Of a stretch of 64,000 nucleotides of DNA, positions 21,377 through 30,270 are shown piece by piece. The stretch comes from a virus: IMG/VR virus record IMGVR_UViG_3300009181_000044, positions 34,858-98,857 of that record; one strand, given 5' to 3'. The notes beneath the pieces were generated by a model, which was not told where the DNA came from, did no database searches, and saw nothing but the letters and a program-made list of their open reading frames with translations. Position 1 is the first letter of the stretch. Every line of letters begins with the position of its first letter. Both the position numbers and the translations under genes were made by a program.

Positions 21377-21609
21377 TTATCATCAACATTAACAAAGCAA
21401 AAACAATTGCTCACGAAAAGCGTAGGCAAGCAAGGTCTGCTGAGTTTGCTCCGCTAGACATTAAAGCAACTATTCCAAGTGAAGCAACAGCCGCAGAAGC
21501 AGCTAGACAAGTTATCAGGGATAAGTATGCTACCATGCAAGTTGCAATTGACACAGCTGCCAATTTAGACGCAATTAAAATTGAACTAAATAGCCTATCA
21601 CCCACATAA
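21373..21609 (+). CDS. Fibre chaperone-like protein, C part
   Basis: 'INKAKTIAHEKRRQAR..EFAPLD' motif; ATGA overlap. Confidence 0.6.
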   Translation: MIIININKAKTIAHEKRRQARSAEFAPLDIKATIPSEATAAEAARQVIRDKYATMQVAIDTAANLDAIKIELNSLSPT

Positions 21610-21636
21610 CCGCTTTGGAAAGTGCATAAATAAACT

Positions 21637-22053
21637 ATGTGGTTCTTTAACTTTATACCTGAAATCTTGTTTTATGTGTTATTTATTGCAGCAGCAATAG
21701 GCTATTTAGTTAGCTTATTGCTGCCCAATAGCATACTTAAAAAACAAGTAAAAATTACTAGTATAGTTGTGCTAGTAATATCAATATACTTACTTGGTAT
21801 GTTGAAAGTAAACAACTGGTGGAAAGACAAAGCGGCCGCTCTTGAACAACAAGTTGTTGAATTAGCGGCAAAAAGTGCCGAAACAAATGTGGTAATTGAA
21901 AAACAACTAGTAACTAAAACTCAAGTTGTTAAAGTGCGCGGCGAGGAAATTGTCAAGTACATTGACAGGGAGATCGTCAAGTACAACACACAATGCGAAA
22001 TTCCCAAAGAATTTATTACTCAGCACAATCGTGCTGCGGAGCAGCCCAAATGA
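21637..22053 (+). CDS. i-spanin (Rz-like)
   Basis: N-terminal TM segments, periplasmic coiled coil, Cys near C-terminus. Confidence 0.7.
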   Translation: MWFFNFIPEILFYVLFIAAAIGYLVSLLLPNSILKKQVKITSIVVLVISIYLLGMLKVNNWWKDKAAALEQQVVELAAKSAETNVVIEKQLVTKTQVVKVRGEEIVKYIDREIVKYNTQCEIPKEFITQHNRAAEQPK

Positions 22054-22358
22054 AACACGAAGATCAAGGTGTTATTAGCTCTATGCTAACAGTTACCATT
22101 ATACTTTTACTTGTTTTAGCACTTTCTGCTTGTTCAACTGTAGTACCGGTTACCGCAAAATTTCCAGAAGCGCCGGCTAAACAAGCCTTAGTAGCGTGTC
22201 CACAGCTAAACACACTACAAGAAACTGCACAGCTTTCTGATGTAGCAAAAACTGTGGTAATTAATTACACAGAGTACTATACTTGTGCAGTTAAAATGGA
22301 TGCGTGGATTGAGTGGTATCAAAAACAAAAAATTATTTTTGAGGGATTAGGTAAATGA
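22050..22358 (+). CDS. o-spanin (Rz1-like lipoprotein)
   Basis: Lipobox LSAC, Pro-rich stretch, two further Cys. Confidence 0.7.
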   Translation: MKHEDQGVISSMLTVTIILLLVLALSACSTVVPVTAKFPEAPAKQALVACPQLNTLQETAQLSDVAKTVVINYTEYYTCAVKMDAWIEWYQKQKIIFEGLGK

Positions 22359-22975
22359 ATATAACTTTACAGCAATTACAGCAATTAATTCCTAAAAATC
22401 CTTATGTAAAGCAATGGCATAACGCCTTGTCACAGCTGCTTCCAGACTACGAGATCAACACTGCTGAGCGCATAGCTGCTTTCGTTGCACAGTGTTCACA
22501 TGAGTCCGGAGGTTTTACTGCACTAAAAGAAAATTTAAATTACAAAGCAGCTACCCTACGCAAGATATTTCCAAAATATTTTCCAGATGATGCTACTGCT
22601 GCACACTATGCCAGCTTGCCTAATAAGCAGGAAGCTATTGCTAACAAAGTATACGCTAGTCGTATGGGCAATGGTCCAGAAGAATCAGGCGATGGATACC
22701 GTTTTTGTGGTCGTGGCTTAATTCAGCTTACAGGACGCGACAACTATTCGTGGTTTGCAGCTAGCTTAAACATTTCAGTAGAAGAAGCATCACAATATCT
22801 TCAAACATTTGAGGGTGCTGCACAATCGGCTTGTTGGTTTTGGGAAACCAATAGTTTAAATCGTTGGGCAGATGCCGGCGACATACTAACATTAACCAAA
22901 AAGATTAATGGCGGTACAATCGGCCTAGAAGACCGTAAAAAACACTATGAGCATGCGTTGCATGTTTTAACCTAA
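22355..22975 (+). CDS. Endolysin, glycoside hydrolase family 19
   Basis: 'AAFVAQCSHESGG', 'GRGLIQLTGRDNY' and 'TKKINGG' motifs. Confidence 0.92.
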   Translation: MNITLQQLQQLIPKNPYVKQWHNALSQLLPDYEINTAERIAAFVAQCSHESGGFTALKENLNYKAATLRKIFPKYFPDDATAAHYASLPNKQEAIANKVYASRMGNGPEESGDGYRFCGRGLIQLTGRDNYSWFAASLNISVEEASQYLQTFEGAAQSACWFWETNSLNRWADAGDILTLTKKINGGTIGLEDRKKHYEHALHVLT

Positions 22976-23081
22976 TTTCGATTTTATAGAGGTTGCTTTA
23001 TCGAAACCACGTAACTATAGGAAACTAATATGTCTGACTCTAAACCGCTGTATTACAGCAAACTACAAGTAGTTTTGTAAC

Positions 23082-23846
23082 ATGGATCCCTTTACACTCT
23101 TTGCATTAGCCAATGGTGCTGTGTCTGCTGTAAAAGCAGGGTGTAAACTCTACAAAGATATAAAGGGAGCTGCTGGTGAGGTTAAAGATGTACTTAAGGA
23201 TCTTGACAAGCAGTTTAATAAACAATACGAAGGCAAGCCTATACCCAGGGAAGCCAAGCAGCAACTTCACGAAGAAAAAGAACGAATTGTTGAGTTAAGC
23301 AAAAAAGACCCTGGTGATGTGTACACACAAATTGGCGACCAATTAGGCGTGTACTTTGACAACATGGCTAAGTGCATGGCTATTTTTGCTGAAGAAGAAC
23401 GTCGCAGCAAAGAACTATATACAGGTGAAGAAAGTTTAGGCAAGCGTGCCCTGCAACGTGTGTTAATGCGTAAAAAGTTGGAACAGATGGCTAAAGAATT
23501 GCGCCAGCTGCTAATCTACGAAAGCCCTCCAGAACTAGGTGCCTTATACACTGACGTTTCTGAAATGATGGAGAAGATCAATAAGGAACAAACAACAGCC
23601 CTAGCTAAAAAAATGCGTGAAGATTACGCACGTGAGCAGCGTAAAAAACATAGAATGCGTAAATTATATGCAGAAGCTGTTTGGGGTATAGTAGCTGTTG
23701 CCGTTTGCTGTAGTGTTGGAATATTGTTTGCAGTTATAGTAGAAGATCGCATTAGAAAATATCCCCATCTTGGCACAGGATGGATCCCTAAATCAGAAGT
23801 TCAGCAGCGCACAGACGCAATACCACCAACCTATTTAGGACGTTAG
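23082..23846 (+). CDS. Hypothetical coiled-coil protein with C-terminal TM
   Basis: 'MDPFTLFALA' start, helical, TM near the C-terminus. Confidence 0.65.
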   Translation: MDPFTLFALANGAVSAVKAGCKLYKDIKGAAGEVKDVLKDLDKQFNKQYEGKPIPREAKQQLHEEKERIVELSKKDPGDVYTQIGDQLGVYFDNMAKCMAIFAEEERRSKELYTGEESLGKRALQRVLMRKKLEQMAKELRQLLIYESPPELGALYTDVSEMMEKINKEQTTALAKKMREDYAREQRKKHRMRKLYAEAVWGIVAVAVCCSVGILFAVIVEDRIRKYPHLGTGWIPKSEVQQRTDAIPPTYLGR

Positions 23847-23854
23847 GAGATTGT

Positions 23855-24004
23855 ATGAGCGATGAAGATAAATCAACTACTCAGTCTTTTTGTGCTTGGT
23901 TGTTATCAATGAGATTTTGGCCAGCAATTTTAATTGTTTGGCTTGCAGAATTAATTGCAGCAGTTGTAACACTTTTATTAATGTGGTGGTACTTAAAACA
24001 CTAA
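23855..24004 (+). CDS. Small membrane protein (49 aa, not in ORF track)
   Basis: RBS AGGAG; MSDEDKSTTQSFCAWLLSMRFWPAILIVWLAELIAAVVTLLLMWWYLKH. Confidence 0.55.
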   Translation: MSDEDKSTTQSFCAWLLSMRFWPAILIVWLAELIAAVVTLLLMWWYLKH

Positions 24005-24013
24005 GGAAATTTA

Positions 24014-24316
24014 ATGCACAATGATTTAAAACTATTTAAATGGGTAGTAATTTTGCTCATGTTACCCTTAGCACTGGCATTTTTTGGTAAAGAAAGTTTT
24101 CGCTATCCTTGCCAAGACCCCGCAAACTGGGACAAAGACTTTTGTAAAATACCTATTTGTGACGTTACCAGAACTTGTCCAGAACATATTTTTAAAGGTC
24201 AACGTGACCCTAGATTAGGACCCCCAAAAGATGGGCAAACTCAAGCACCTGTACCAGTGGCTCCAGCAATGGCATGCCAAGCACGACCAACACAAGGAAC
24301 CAATTGTGGAAAATAA
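24014..24316 (+). CDS. Cys-rich exported/membrane protein
   Basis: Signal/TM followed by 'FRYPCQDPANW...C..P.C.V.RTCP'. Confidence 0.6.
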   Translation: MHNDLKLFKWVVILLMLPLALAFFGKESFRYPCQDPANWDKDFCKIPICDVTRTCPEHIFKGQRDPRLGPPKDGQTQAPVPVAPAMACQARPTQGTNCGK

Positions 24317-24743
24317 TTCAATTATCTTTACTGAAGATCAGCTAATGGCTCGTCTTAAGTTTTTTATTGGTATTTGTTTAGCTCTTACCTTAACTGGTAT
24401 TGTATTTGTAGTTTTATACTCAATTATTTTTATTACCCAGCCCCTAAACGCAATCAGCCCAATTGACCAAAAGTTTTTTGAAATGATTATTCCAATTGCT
24501 ACTTTTTTAACCGGTACATTAAGTGGAATTATGTTATCTGGTGGCAGTAAAGAAGAAATGGAAATGAAACGCGACATGATTAAGCAAGCACAAGAAAATT
24601 CAAATACTTATGCTAAAGCTAATCCTGTTAAGATTGAACCGGTATTTCAGTCTGGAATGTCTACAACAGCAGTAGCGCCTGCCACAGTTATTATGATTAA
24701 CGGCAAACCAGCACCACAACAACCGCCCCAACCGGAGATTTAA
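24306..24743 (+). CDS. Two-TM membrane protein (holin candidate)
   Basis: Probable GTG start at 24306; two hydrophobic helices. Confidence 0.55.
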   Translation: MENNSIIFTEDQLMARLKFFIGICLALTLTGIVFVVLYSIIFITQPLNAISPIDQKFFEMIIPIATFLTGTLSGIMLSGGSKEEMEMKRDMIKQAQENSNTYAKANPVKIEPVFQSGMSTTAVAPATVIMINGKPAPQQPPQPEI

Positions 24744-24962
24744 ATGAATAATTTAAAAGCTATGCTATCCGACGATACTGCCGTTAGCAGTAAACGTGTA
24801 ATTACTTTTCTTGCTTTTTTACTATGTGCTGGCGCTTTTATAGCAATGGTATATGGTTACACAGTAGATCAAAAACTATTTGATTCTATGATGTATATTG
24901 TAATTGCAGGAATAGGATTTACCGCAAGCGAAAAGTTTGCACCAACCAAGGAACCTAAATGA
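24744..24962 (+). CDS. Two-TM holin-like protein
   Basis: 'SSKRVITFLAF' plus two TM segments; 72 aa. Confidence 0.55.
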   Translation: MNNLKAMLSDDTAVSSKRVITFLAFLLCAGAFIAMVYGYTVDQKLFDSMMYIVIAGIGFTASEKFAPTKEPK

Positions 24963-25180
24963 AGAATCTATTTTATTCAGTATGCGTAGTTCTAGGAGTT
25001 ACTTTCCTAACTTTAAACAACCCAGTACTTGCGGAAGCATCAACTAAACGGGTATGCGTTGATGTTAAAGATAAAGACGGCAAAGTTGCTAAAGATGCTA
25101 AAGGCAATCCAAAACAAAGTTGTAAAGATGTCAAACAGCATAAAAAGCTAGAAGGCACAGCAGTTCCAGAAAAGAAGTAA
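24959..25180 (+). CDS. Small exported Lys-rich protein
   Basis: Signal peptide and a Cys pair. Confidence 0.55.
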   Translation: MKNLFYSVCVVLGVTFLTLNNPVLAEASTKRVCVDVKDKDGKVAKDAKGNPKQSCKDVKQHKKLEGTAVPEKK

Positions 25181-25240
25181 CTTAAATAAGCTCCCAGGGC
25201 TTATTTAGGCCCTGGTTTTATTAACTAACCAGGCGCAAGT

Positions 25241-25924
25241 ATGTCAAATTCATCAGGAAAAAAAGCTCGTAGATCTCAAACTCAACCAAATCCTATTGAG
25301 TTTGGATTCAAAGATGTTAAACCCTTAAATTATATTCAGGGTGAGTACTTAGAAGCAATCAAAAATAATGAGATTATATTTGGTATAGGTTCAGCAGGTA
25401 CTGGAAAAACATATGTGCCAGCATCATATGCTGCTGGCGAGTTATTTCACAGACGAATTCAAAAAATTATTTTAACAAGACCTAATGTAGAGACAGGGCG
25501 AGGTTTAGGCTTCTTGCCTGGAGAATTAGAGGAGAAATATGCTCCTTACTTAGATCCATTTGACCAAGTTTTCAGTCGCACGCTTGGCGCAGGTTTCTAC
25601 GAATACGCTCTAAAATCTAAAGCTATTGAACCAAAACCGCTAGGTTTTATGCGCGGTGTATCATTTGAAAACGCTATCCTTTTAGTTGATGAAGTTCAAA
25701 ACATGACTAAAACTGAGTTTAAAATGTTACTATCTAGAATTGGTAAAAACTGTAAAGTTATCCTTTCTGGAGATCCAGACCAAACTGATATTGCGGATAG
25801 TGGCTTACCAGACGCTGTAAATAGATTAACGGACATTCCTGGCATTGAAATTGTTAGGTTCTTAGACGAAGACATTGTACGTAGTAAAATGTGTAAACAA
25901 ATTATTATGGCTTATAGAAATTAA
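25241..25924 (+). CDS. phoH: PhoH family ATPase
   Basis: 'GSAGTGKT', 'LGFLPG', 'FMRGVSF', 'DEVQN' and 'GDPDQTD' motifs. Confidence 0.95.
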   Translation: MSNSSGKKARRSQTQPNPIEFGFKDVKPLNYIQGEYLEAIKNNEIIFGIGSAGTGKTYVPASYAAGELFHRRIQKIILTRPNVETGRGLGFLPGELEEKYAPYLDPFDQVFSRTLGAGFYEYALKSKAIEPKPLGFMRGVSFENAILLVDEVQNMTKTEFKMLLSRIGKNCKVILSGDPDQTDIADSGLPDAVNRLTDIPGIEIVRFLDEDIVRSKMCKQIIMAYRN

Positions 25925-25959
25925 AAAAGCCCCTAAGTAGCAATACTTAGGGGCTTTTT
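25924..25959. terminator. Bidirectional intrinsic terminator
   Basis: AAAAAGCCCCTAAGTA-GCAA-TACTTAGGGGCTTTTT between convergent genes. Confidence 0.9.
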
Positions 25960-25974
25960 GTTTTACAGCAAAAT

Positions 25975-26154
25975 TTATTGCATGGTAGCAGCTTCTGGAG
26001 CGCTATCTTGCTTTGGCAATTGTGCTTCAGCTTGCTCACGAACTTTTTGTGTCAAAGGATTAGCAATTTTGGCAGGCAGCTCTTGCAAACCAGCTAAAAT
26101 AGCGTTTATTTCGTCAACGGAAAGTTCGGTTAAGGTAAATTTAGTATCGTTCAT
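25975..26154 (-). CDS. Small hypothetical protein (59 aa, not in ORF track)
   Basis: MNDTKFTLTELSVDEINAILAGLQELPAKIANPLTQKVREQAEAQL... Confidence 0.65.
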   Translation of the reverse strand: MNDTKFTLTELSVDEINAILAGLQELPAKIANPLTQKVREQAEAQLPKQDSAPEAATMQ

Positions 26155-26172
26155 GTTTATATAGATAAAGGG

Positions 26173-28137
26173 TTATTTAATTGGGCAACTACCCATGGCA
26201 CAGTCAGCATCTAGAATTTCATCGAAGCTATTGGTGTTTTCTAAGTTGACTTCTAAGAGTAATTTTACATACTCACTATGGTCTTCTTCAGTTACTACTT
26301 CTTGTGGAAGATATAAGTAACCTAAGTCTTTAGCAGTTTTAGTTGGGTCTGTACGATAGATGAAACTAACGCCTACATAACAATCCCAGTTTTCAAGTAA
26401 CCAGTCAATAATAGCAGGTACTTCTTCTGTACCATAGCTAATTGTTACACTAGTGTTTTGCTGTGTCCAACTGGTTTGAATTAGTTTATACTTTTCTAGC
26501 TGTTCAATTGCGGAATCTAAATTAACTTCTTTTCCTTCGTGCTTATGAAATGGAACGTCGTCCCAACAAACTGGGAAAGTTACTAATACACCACTATCAT
26601 CAGTCGGATGATTAATTACCCTGTAGTTAGCTTCGCGAAGTTTATCAACAACAGGGTCATGCTTGGAGAACTGAACATTGTTGAAAATATACTTACCTAA
26701 CGGCTTATGAATACCTTCTGTAGTATCCATGATCTTTGATAAGGTACCGGATGGCTTAACACAAGTAATATTTTTAGGAGCTGGCAACCCTAGTTCTTCC
26801 GCCATACCTACAGCTGCAGCAGTTGCAGTACGCTTTAGGTACTCATAGTCATAGCCAGTCATATCAGGACGCTTAGCGATCCCCGTGAGACCGACTCCAC
26901 AAAGACGCAAGAAGTAATTGTTGAGGTGCCAGGATTCTTGTAAGATACCATCTTGTAAGTTAACACAAGTCTGTCTGTAATTTGCTCTAGCCGCCAGTCT
27001 AATGGCTTTGTGTAACCCTGCGGTGTCGCCCTTGAACTTGCCAATGTCCGTTTCCGTAAGGTTACAGAAACTTTTGTTTCCAAGCAAGATCTCGACACAA
27101 GGATTGGCACCCTTAAACCAAGGGGCTCTGCGTAACGCCTCAACTTCATTGATAAAACCTGGTTCACTTCCACCTGCCTCCAACATTAGTTGAAAAATCT
27201 TTTCTAGGTCGCTGCGATGCGGCTTTTCTTTGAATACTAGGCTATTATTTGATTGCTGACGGTGACTGTTATTATGTAACCACCAATCTTTTTTAGCTAC
27301 TGCAAATTCTTCCCATTCTGGTTGTCCGTAATCAAAGAGGGCGATCTCAGCGCTACGACGACTAGATAATATAGTGCCCAGATGATTAACAATATCCAGA
27401 ATATCCATCCGGCTAAGTAAGCTATCAGCACGACCGTTAAGAATATTGGCAATAGCAACATAAGCGCTACTAATCGCACTATCACCACTAGAAATCCAAC
27501 CATAGCCTTTTAACCTTTCGCCAGCAGGACGTAATTGTGAGAAGTCTAGCACTAATGTATCTGCTGGATATTTACCTGCTAACAACTTACCAATAGACTT
27601 TGCCCAAGCTTCTGCTGAGTCACCAATTTGCAGAGTCCACGTTTTGGTTTGTGAATCCCAAGTTTCGCTATTACTTTCTCGACCACCTTTAGCAGTGCGT
27701 TCGCTGCGTACTACACGAATATTTTTGATGGGATTTGAGAATCCGTTCAGTGTACCAACAATAGGTTTAAATCCTACTCCACAACCTTGTAACAGCAACC
27801 ATAGAACATCTACTACGTCATAGACTGTTTCAACTTGTGTAAAACTGCAATTAAATTGTGATGCTTCACGAGTCTGTGCTACGTTTGTGCCGCCTAACCA
27901 AAGTGTGCGACCACTCATTGAAACTTTACGATCTAGCATTAACTGCTCAAGATCATAGAGTTCTGCGTATTCTTTGTCATCAAGATCACGTCCAGCAGCT
28001 CGCTGCCACAACCATTCTTGGTGATCTACTACTCGGGCAACTGTATCTTGCCAAGTTTCAAATTGTTTTCCGTCGTCTGAAATTGGTCTATTATATGTAC
28101 GACGTGTTATTACTTGTGCTCTTGTACTGAATGTCAT
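26173..28137 (-). CDS. nrdJ: Class II (B12-dependent) ribonucleotide reductase, monomeric RTPR type
   Basis: 'RRTYNR', 'QFNCSF', 'GANPCVEI', 'TCVKPSGT' and C-terminal 'CAMGSCPIK'. Confidence 0.92.
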   Translation of the reverse strand: MTFSTRAQVITRRTYNRPISDDGKQFETWQDTVARVVDHQEWLWQRAAGRDLDDKEYAELYDLEQLMLDRKVSMSGRTLWLGGTNVAQTREASQFNCSFTQVETVYDVVDVLWLLLQGCGVGFKPIVGTLNGFSNPIKNIRVVRSERTAKGGRESNSETWDSQTKTWTLQIGDSAEAWAKSIGKLLAGKYPADTLVLDFSQLRPAGERLKGYGWISSGDSAISSAYVAIANILNGRADSLLSRMDILDIVNHLGTILSSRRSAEIALFDYGQPEWEEFAVAKKDWWLHNNSHRQQSNNSLVFKEKPHRSDLEKIFQLMLEAGGSEPGFINEVEALRRAPWFKGANPCVEILLGNKSFCNLTETDIGKFKGDTAGLHKAIRLAARANYRQTCVNLQDGILQESWHLNNYFLRLCGVGLTGIAKRPDMTGYDYEYLKRTATAAAVGMAEELGLPAPKNITCVKPSGTLSKIMDTTEGIHKPLGKYIFNNVQFSKHDPVVDKLREANYRVINHPTDDSGVLVTFPVCWDDVPFHKHEGKEVNLDSAIEQLEKYKLIQTSWTQQNTSVTISYGTEEVPAIIDWLLENWDCYVGVSFIYRTDPTKTAKDLGYLYLPQEVVTEEDHSEYVKLLLEVNLENTNSFDEILDADCAMGSCPIK

Positions 28138-28145
28138 GATTTCCT

Positions 28146-28619
28146 TTATGTACCAGTACTGCCGAAGCCGCCAGTACCGCGTTCTGTGTCGTTCCAAATA
28201 TCCGTAAATGCAGGCAGCAGAACTGGGATAAGTACCAGCTGTGCAATTCTATCGCCGCGTTGAATTTTATACGGGTCTTCGGAAATATTTTTTAAGAGAA
28301 CTTTGATTTCGCCACGATAGTCCGCATCAATGACGCCTACGCTATGAGGCATAGTAATTCCCTTTTTTCCTTGACTGCTTCTGTTAAATATAAAGCCTGC
28401 GTAACCCTCTGGAAGTTTTATCGCTACTCCTGTACCAACAAGTTTTTGTTCTCCAGGATAGATTTCCAAATCTTCCATACTCATTAAATCTGCACCAGCG
28501 TCAGTGGGGTTAGCACGTTTTGGCAAGAATGCTTCGTCTTCTACTAGACAAGGGATTTGTTGTTTGATCGCAACTGCACGATTGTGGTCGTAGGTTTGGT
28601 TAATGTTTAAAAAGCTCAT
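28146..28619 (-). CDS. dut: Trimeric dUTPase
   Basis: 'AGADL', 'RSS', 'GVIDADYRGEI', 'RIAQL' and 'RGTGGFGSTG' motifs. Confidence 0.95.
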   Translation of the reverse strand: MSFLNINQTYDHNRAVAIKQQIPCLVEDEAFLPKRANPTDAGADLMSMEDLEIYPGEQKLVGTGVAIKLPEGYAGFIFNRSSQGKKGITMPHSVGVIDADYRGEIKVLLKNISEDPYKIQRGDRIAQLVLIPVLLPAFTDIWNDTERGTGGFGSTGT

Positions 28620-29461
28620 TTTATATATAGTTCTAGGGTTTCGTCTATTTGTTTACAATTATCTGCACCAATGGCTTCTTCACAGTACGTGACCAAGTCC
28701 ATTAGTTGATAGTTTAGCATTAGTTGTTCTCGGCACTGGTTGAGTGCTTCAATATATTTATATTTACCAGTAAGTGGAATACTTGCAATAATATCGTAAG
28801 TACTGCCGTATTCATTAATAAGTCCCACGGCTCGTTTAGGCCCAATACCAGGTACGCCAGCAACATTGTCACCACTATCGCCTGTAAGACACTTAATACT
28901 AATGTAGTCTTCTGGCTCAAAATCATAGTGATCGTGCCAGTTATTAAAGGTCACTTCTTTTCTGGTAACATAGCTAAATCTTGAAATATTGTTTTGAACT
29001 AACAAGTCCCAGTCTTTATCGCTTGATACAAGCCAGATATTTTCTACAGGCAGTTTTGATTTTTTACTAACAATGTACGCAGCTATGTCATCTGCCTCAA
29101 CACCCTGAAACTTAATAACTGGATATTCTGTATTTTCTTGAATATGCGCTAGTGCTGCTTGAAAATCTTCAAAAAACAACTCAAACGCTGCTTTTTCAGC
29201 TTCAGTTTGAGTTTCAAATTTGTCTTTACGATTTTGTTTATATTGTGGATATATTGCTTTACGGTAGCTTGATGAGCCTTGATCGCAAGCTATAATAACT
29301 TTTGATGCTTTATAGCTTTTTTGTAGGCTAACTACTGTTCGTAGGTAGTCTTCAGCAAAATCGGTAGCGCCGCTATGTTTATAGCGAAAAGCTAAGTTTA
29401 GTGCATCCACAACCATTAGTGTATTTTCTTGTGCTGTAACTTGTTGAAAACTTTTGCTCAT
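28616..29461 (-). CDS. 5'-3' exonuclease/flap endonuclease (T5 D15-like)
   Basis: 'YKQNR', 'EADD', 'SSDKD' and 'GDSGDNVAGVPGIGPK' motifs. Confidence 0.92.
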   Translation of the reverse strand: MSKSFQQVTAQENTLMVVDALNLAFRYKHSGATDFAEDYLRTVVSLQKSYKASKVIIACDQGSSSYRKAIYPQYKQNRKDKFETQTEAEKAAFELFFEDFQAALAHIQENTEYPVIKFQGVEADDIAAYIVSKKSKLPVENIWLVSSDKDWDLLVQNNISRFSYVTRKEVTFNNWHDHYDFEPEDYISIKCLTGDSGDNVAGVPGIGPKRAVGLINEYGSTYDIIASIPLTGKYKYIEALNQCREQLMLNYQLMDLVTYCEEAIGADNCKQIDETLELYIK

Positions 29462-29492
29462 TTTAGTGTTAATTTATTGTTTATTAGTATGT

Positions 29493-29521
29493 ATTATAAC
29501 TTAATTTACTAATAATTTCAA
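29493..29521 (-). promoter_or_regulatory. sigma70-like promoter
   Basis: TTGAAA-17-TATAAT. Confidence 0.65.
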
Positions 29522-29970
29522 GTTACAAATTGTGGTTGCTCATTGACTAACCAGTCTTCTAGCAGTGCAACATATAGTTCGTGTTCGTCAATGCTTACAA
29601 ATATATATCTGTAATTACTACTAGGCATATCTAAAAATGCCGTAAATATCTTTGATCGGTCAAACTTAAATATTAGTAGTGGTTTTTTGTTTACTTGGTG
29701 ACCTTGACGCACTGACTGTTTCCAGAACTCTATTAATTGTGGGCTTTTACCCGTTAATAGAGCACTTGAAACATGGTCTTCTGCGTAGCCTTTTACTTCT
29801 ACACACCACAAGTTAGTTCTACCAGGCACGTATAAATCGCCCTTAAGTTGATGTTTAGGGTCAAGAGCACCTGATCCAGGTACTCTTTCCCATGCTAACC
29901 CTGTATGTTTTTTAAGAGCATCACGTACTACAGTTTCAGTGCGAGCACCTTTTGCTCTACTGTCTACCAT
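29518..29970 (-). CDS. Holliday junction resolvase-like nuclease (T5 D14-like)
   Basis: 'SRAKGARTE', 'RVPGSGA', 'GD' and 'EVK' PD-(D/E)xK motifs. Confidence 0.8.
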   Translation of the reverse strand: MVDSRAKGARTETVVRDALKKHTGLAWERVPGSGALDPKHQLKGDLYVPGRTNLWCVEVKGYAEDHVSSALLTGKSPQLIEFWKQSVRQGHQVNKKPLLIFKFDRSKIFTAFLDMPSSNYRYIFVSIDEHELYVALLEDWLVNEQPQFVT

Positions 29971-30269
29971 TATTCAGCTGTTTTTGTTGGAAAAACAATA
30001 ACAGGTGTTTCTGCTGTAGCAGTAACTGTATCAGCTACTGCTACTTCTTGAGCTACAGGTGCCGGCACTTCTTCTTCCGCAGCCTTTACGCCAGGTACTT
30101 CAAAAGTACAGTTAGGGTCAACCCGTACTATAGCTTTTCCATTACCAACTACTGTTAGTGTTGCACTTTCGTGGTCACTGAAATAGTCGCCAGGACTAAG
30201 CTGTACTTGACCGACGTTTTCACGAGTAACAGTGCAGGTTACACTACCATCAATTTCTTCTAAAATCAT
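29970..30269 (-). CDS. Hypothetical protein
   Basis: 99 aa ORF coupled to its neighbours. Confidence 0.55.
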   Translation of the reverse strand: MILEEIDGSVTCTVTRENVGQVQLSPGDYFSDHESATLTVVGNGKAIVRVDPNCTFEVPGVKAAEEEVPAPVAQEVAVADTVTATAETPVIVFPTKTAE

Positions 30270-30270
30270 A

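Noticed and set aside
23030-23080. 16-codon ORF MSDSKPLYYSKLQVVL
   Set aside because: Too short to support; may be a gene remnant, and no attenuator structure is evident
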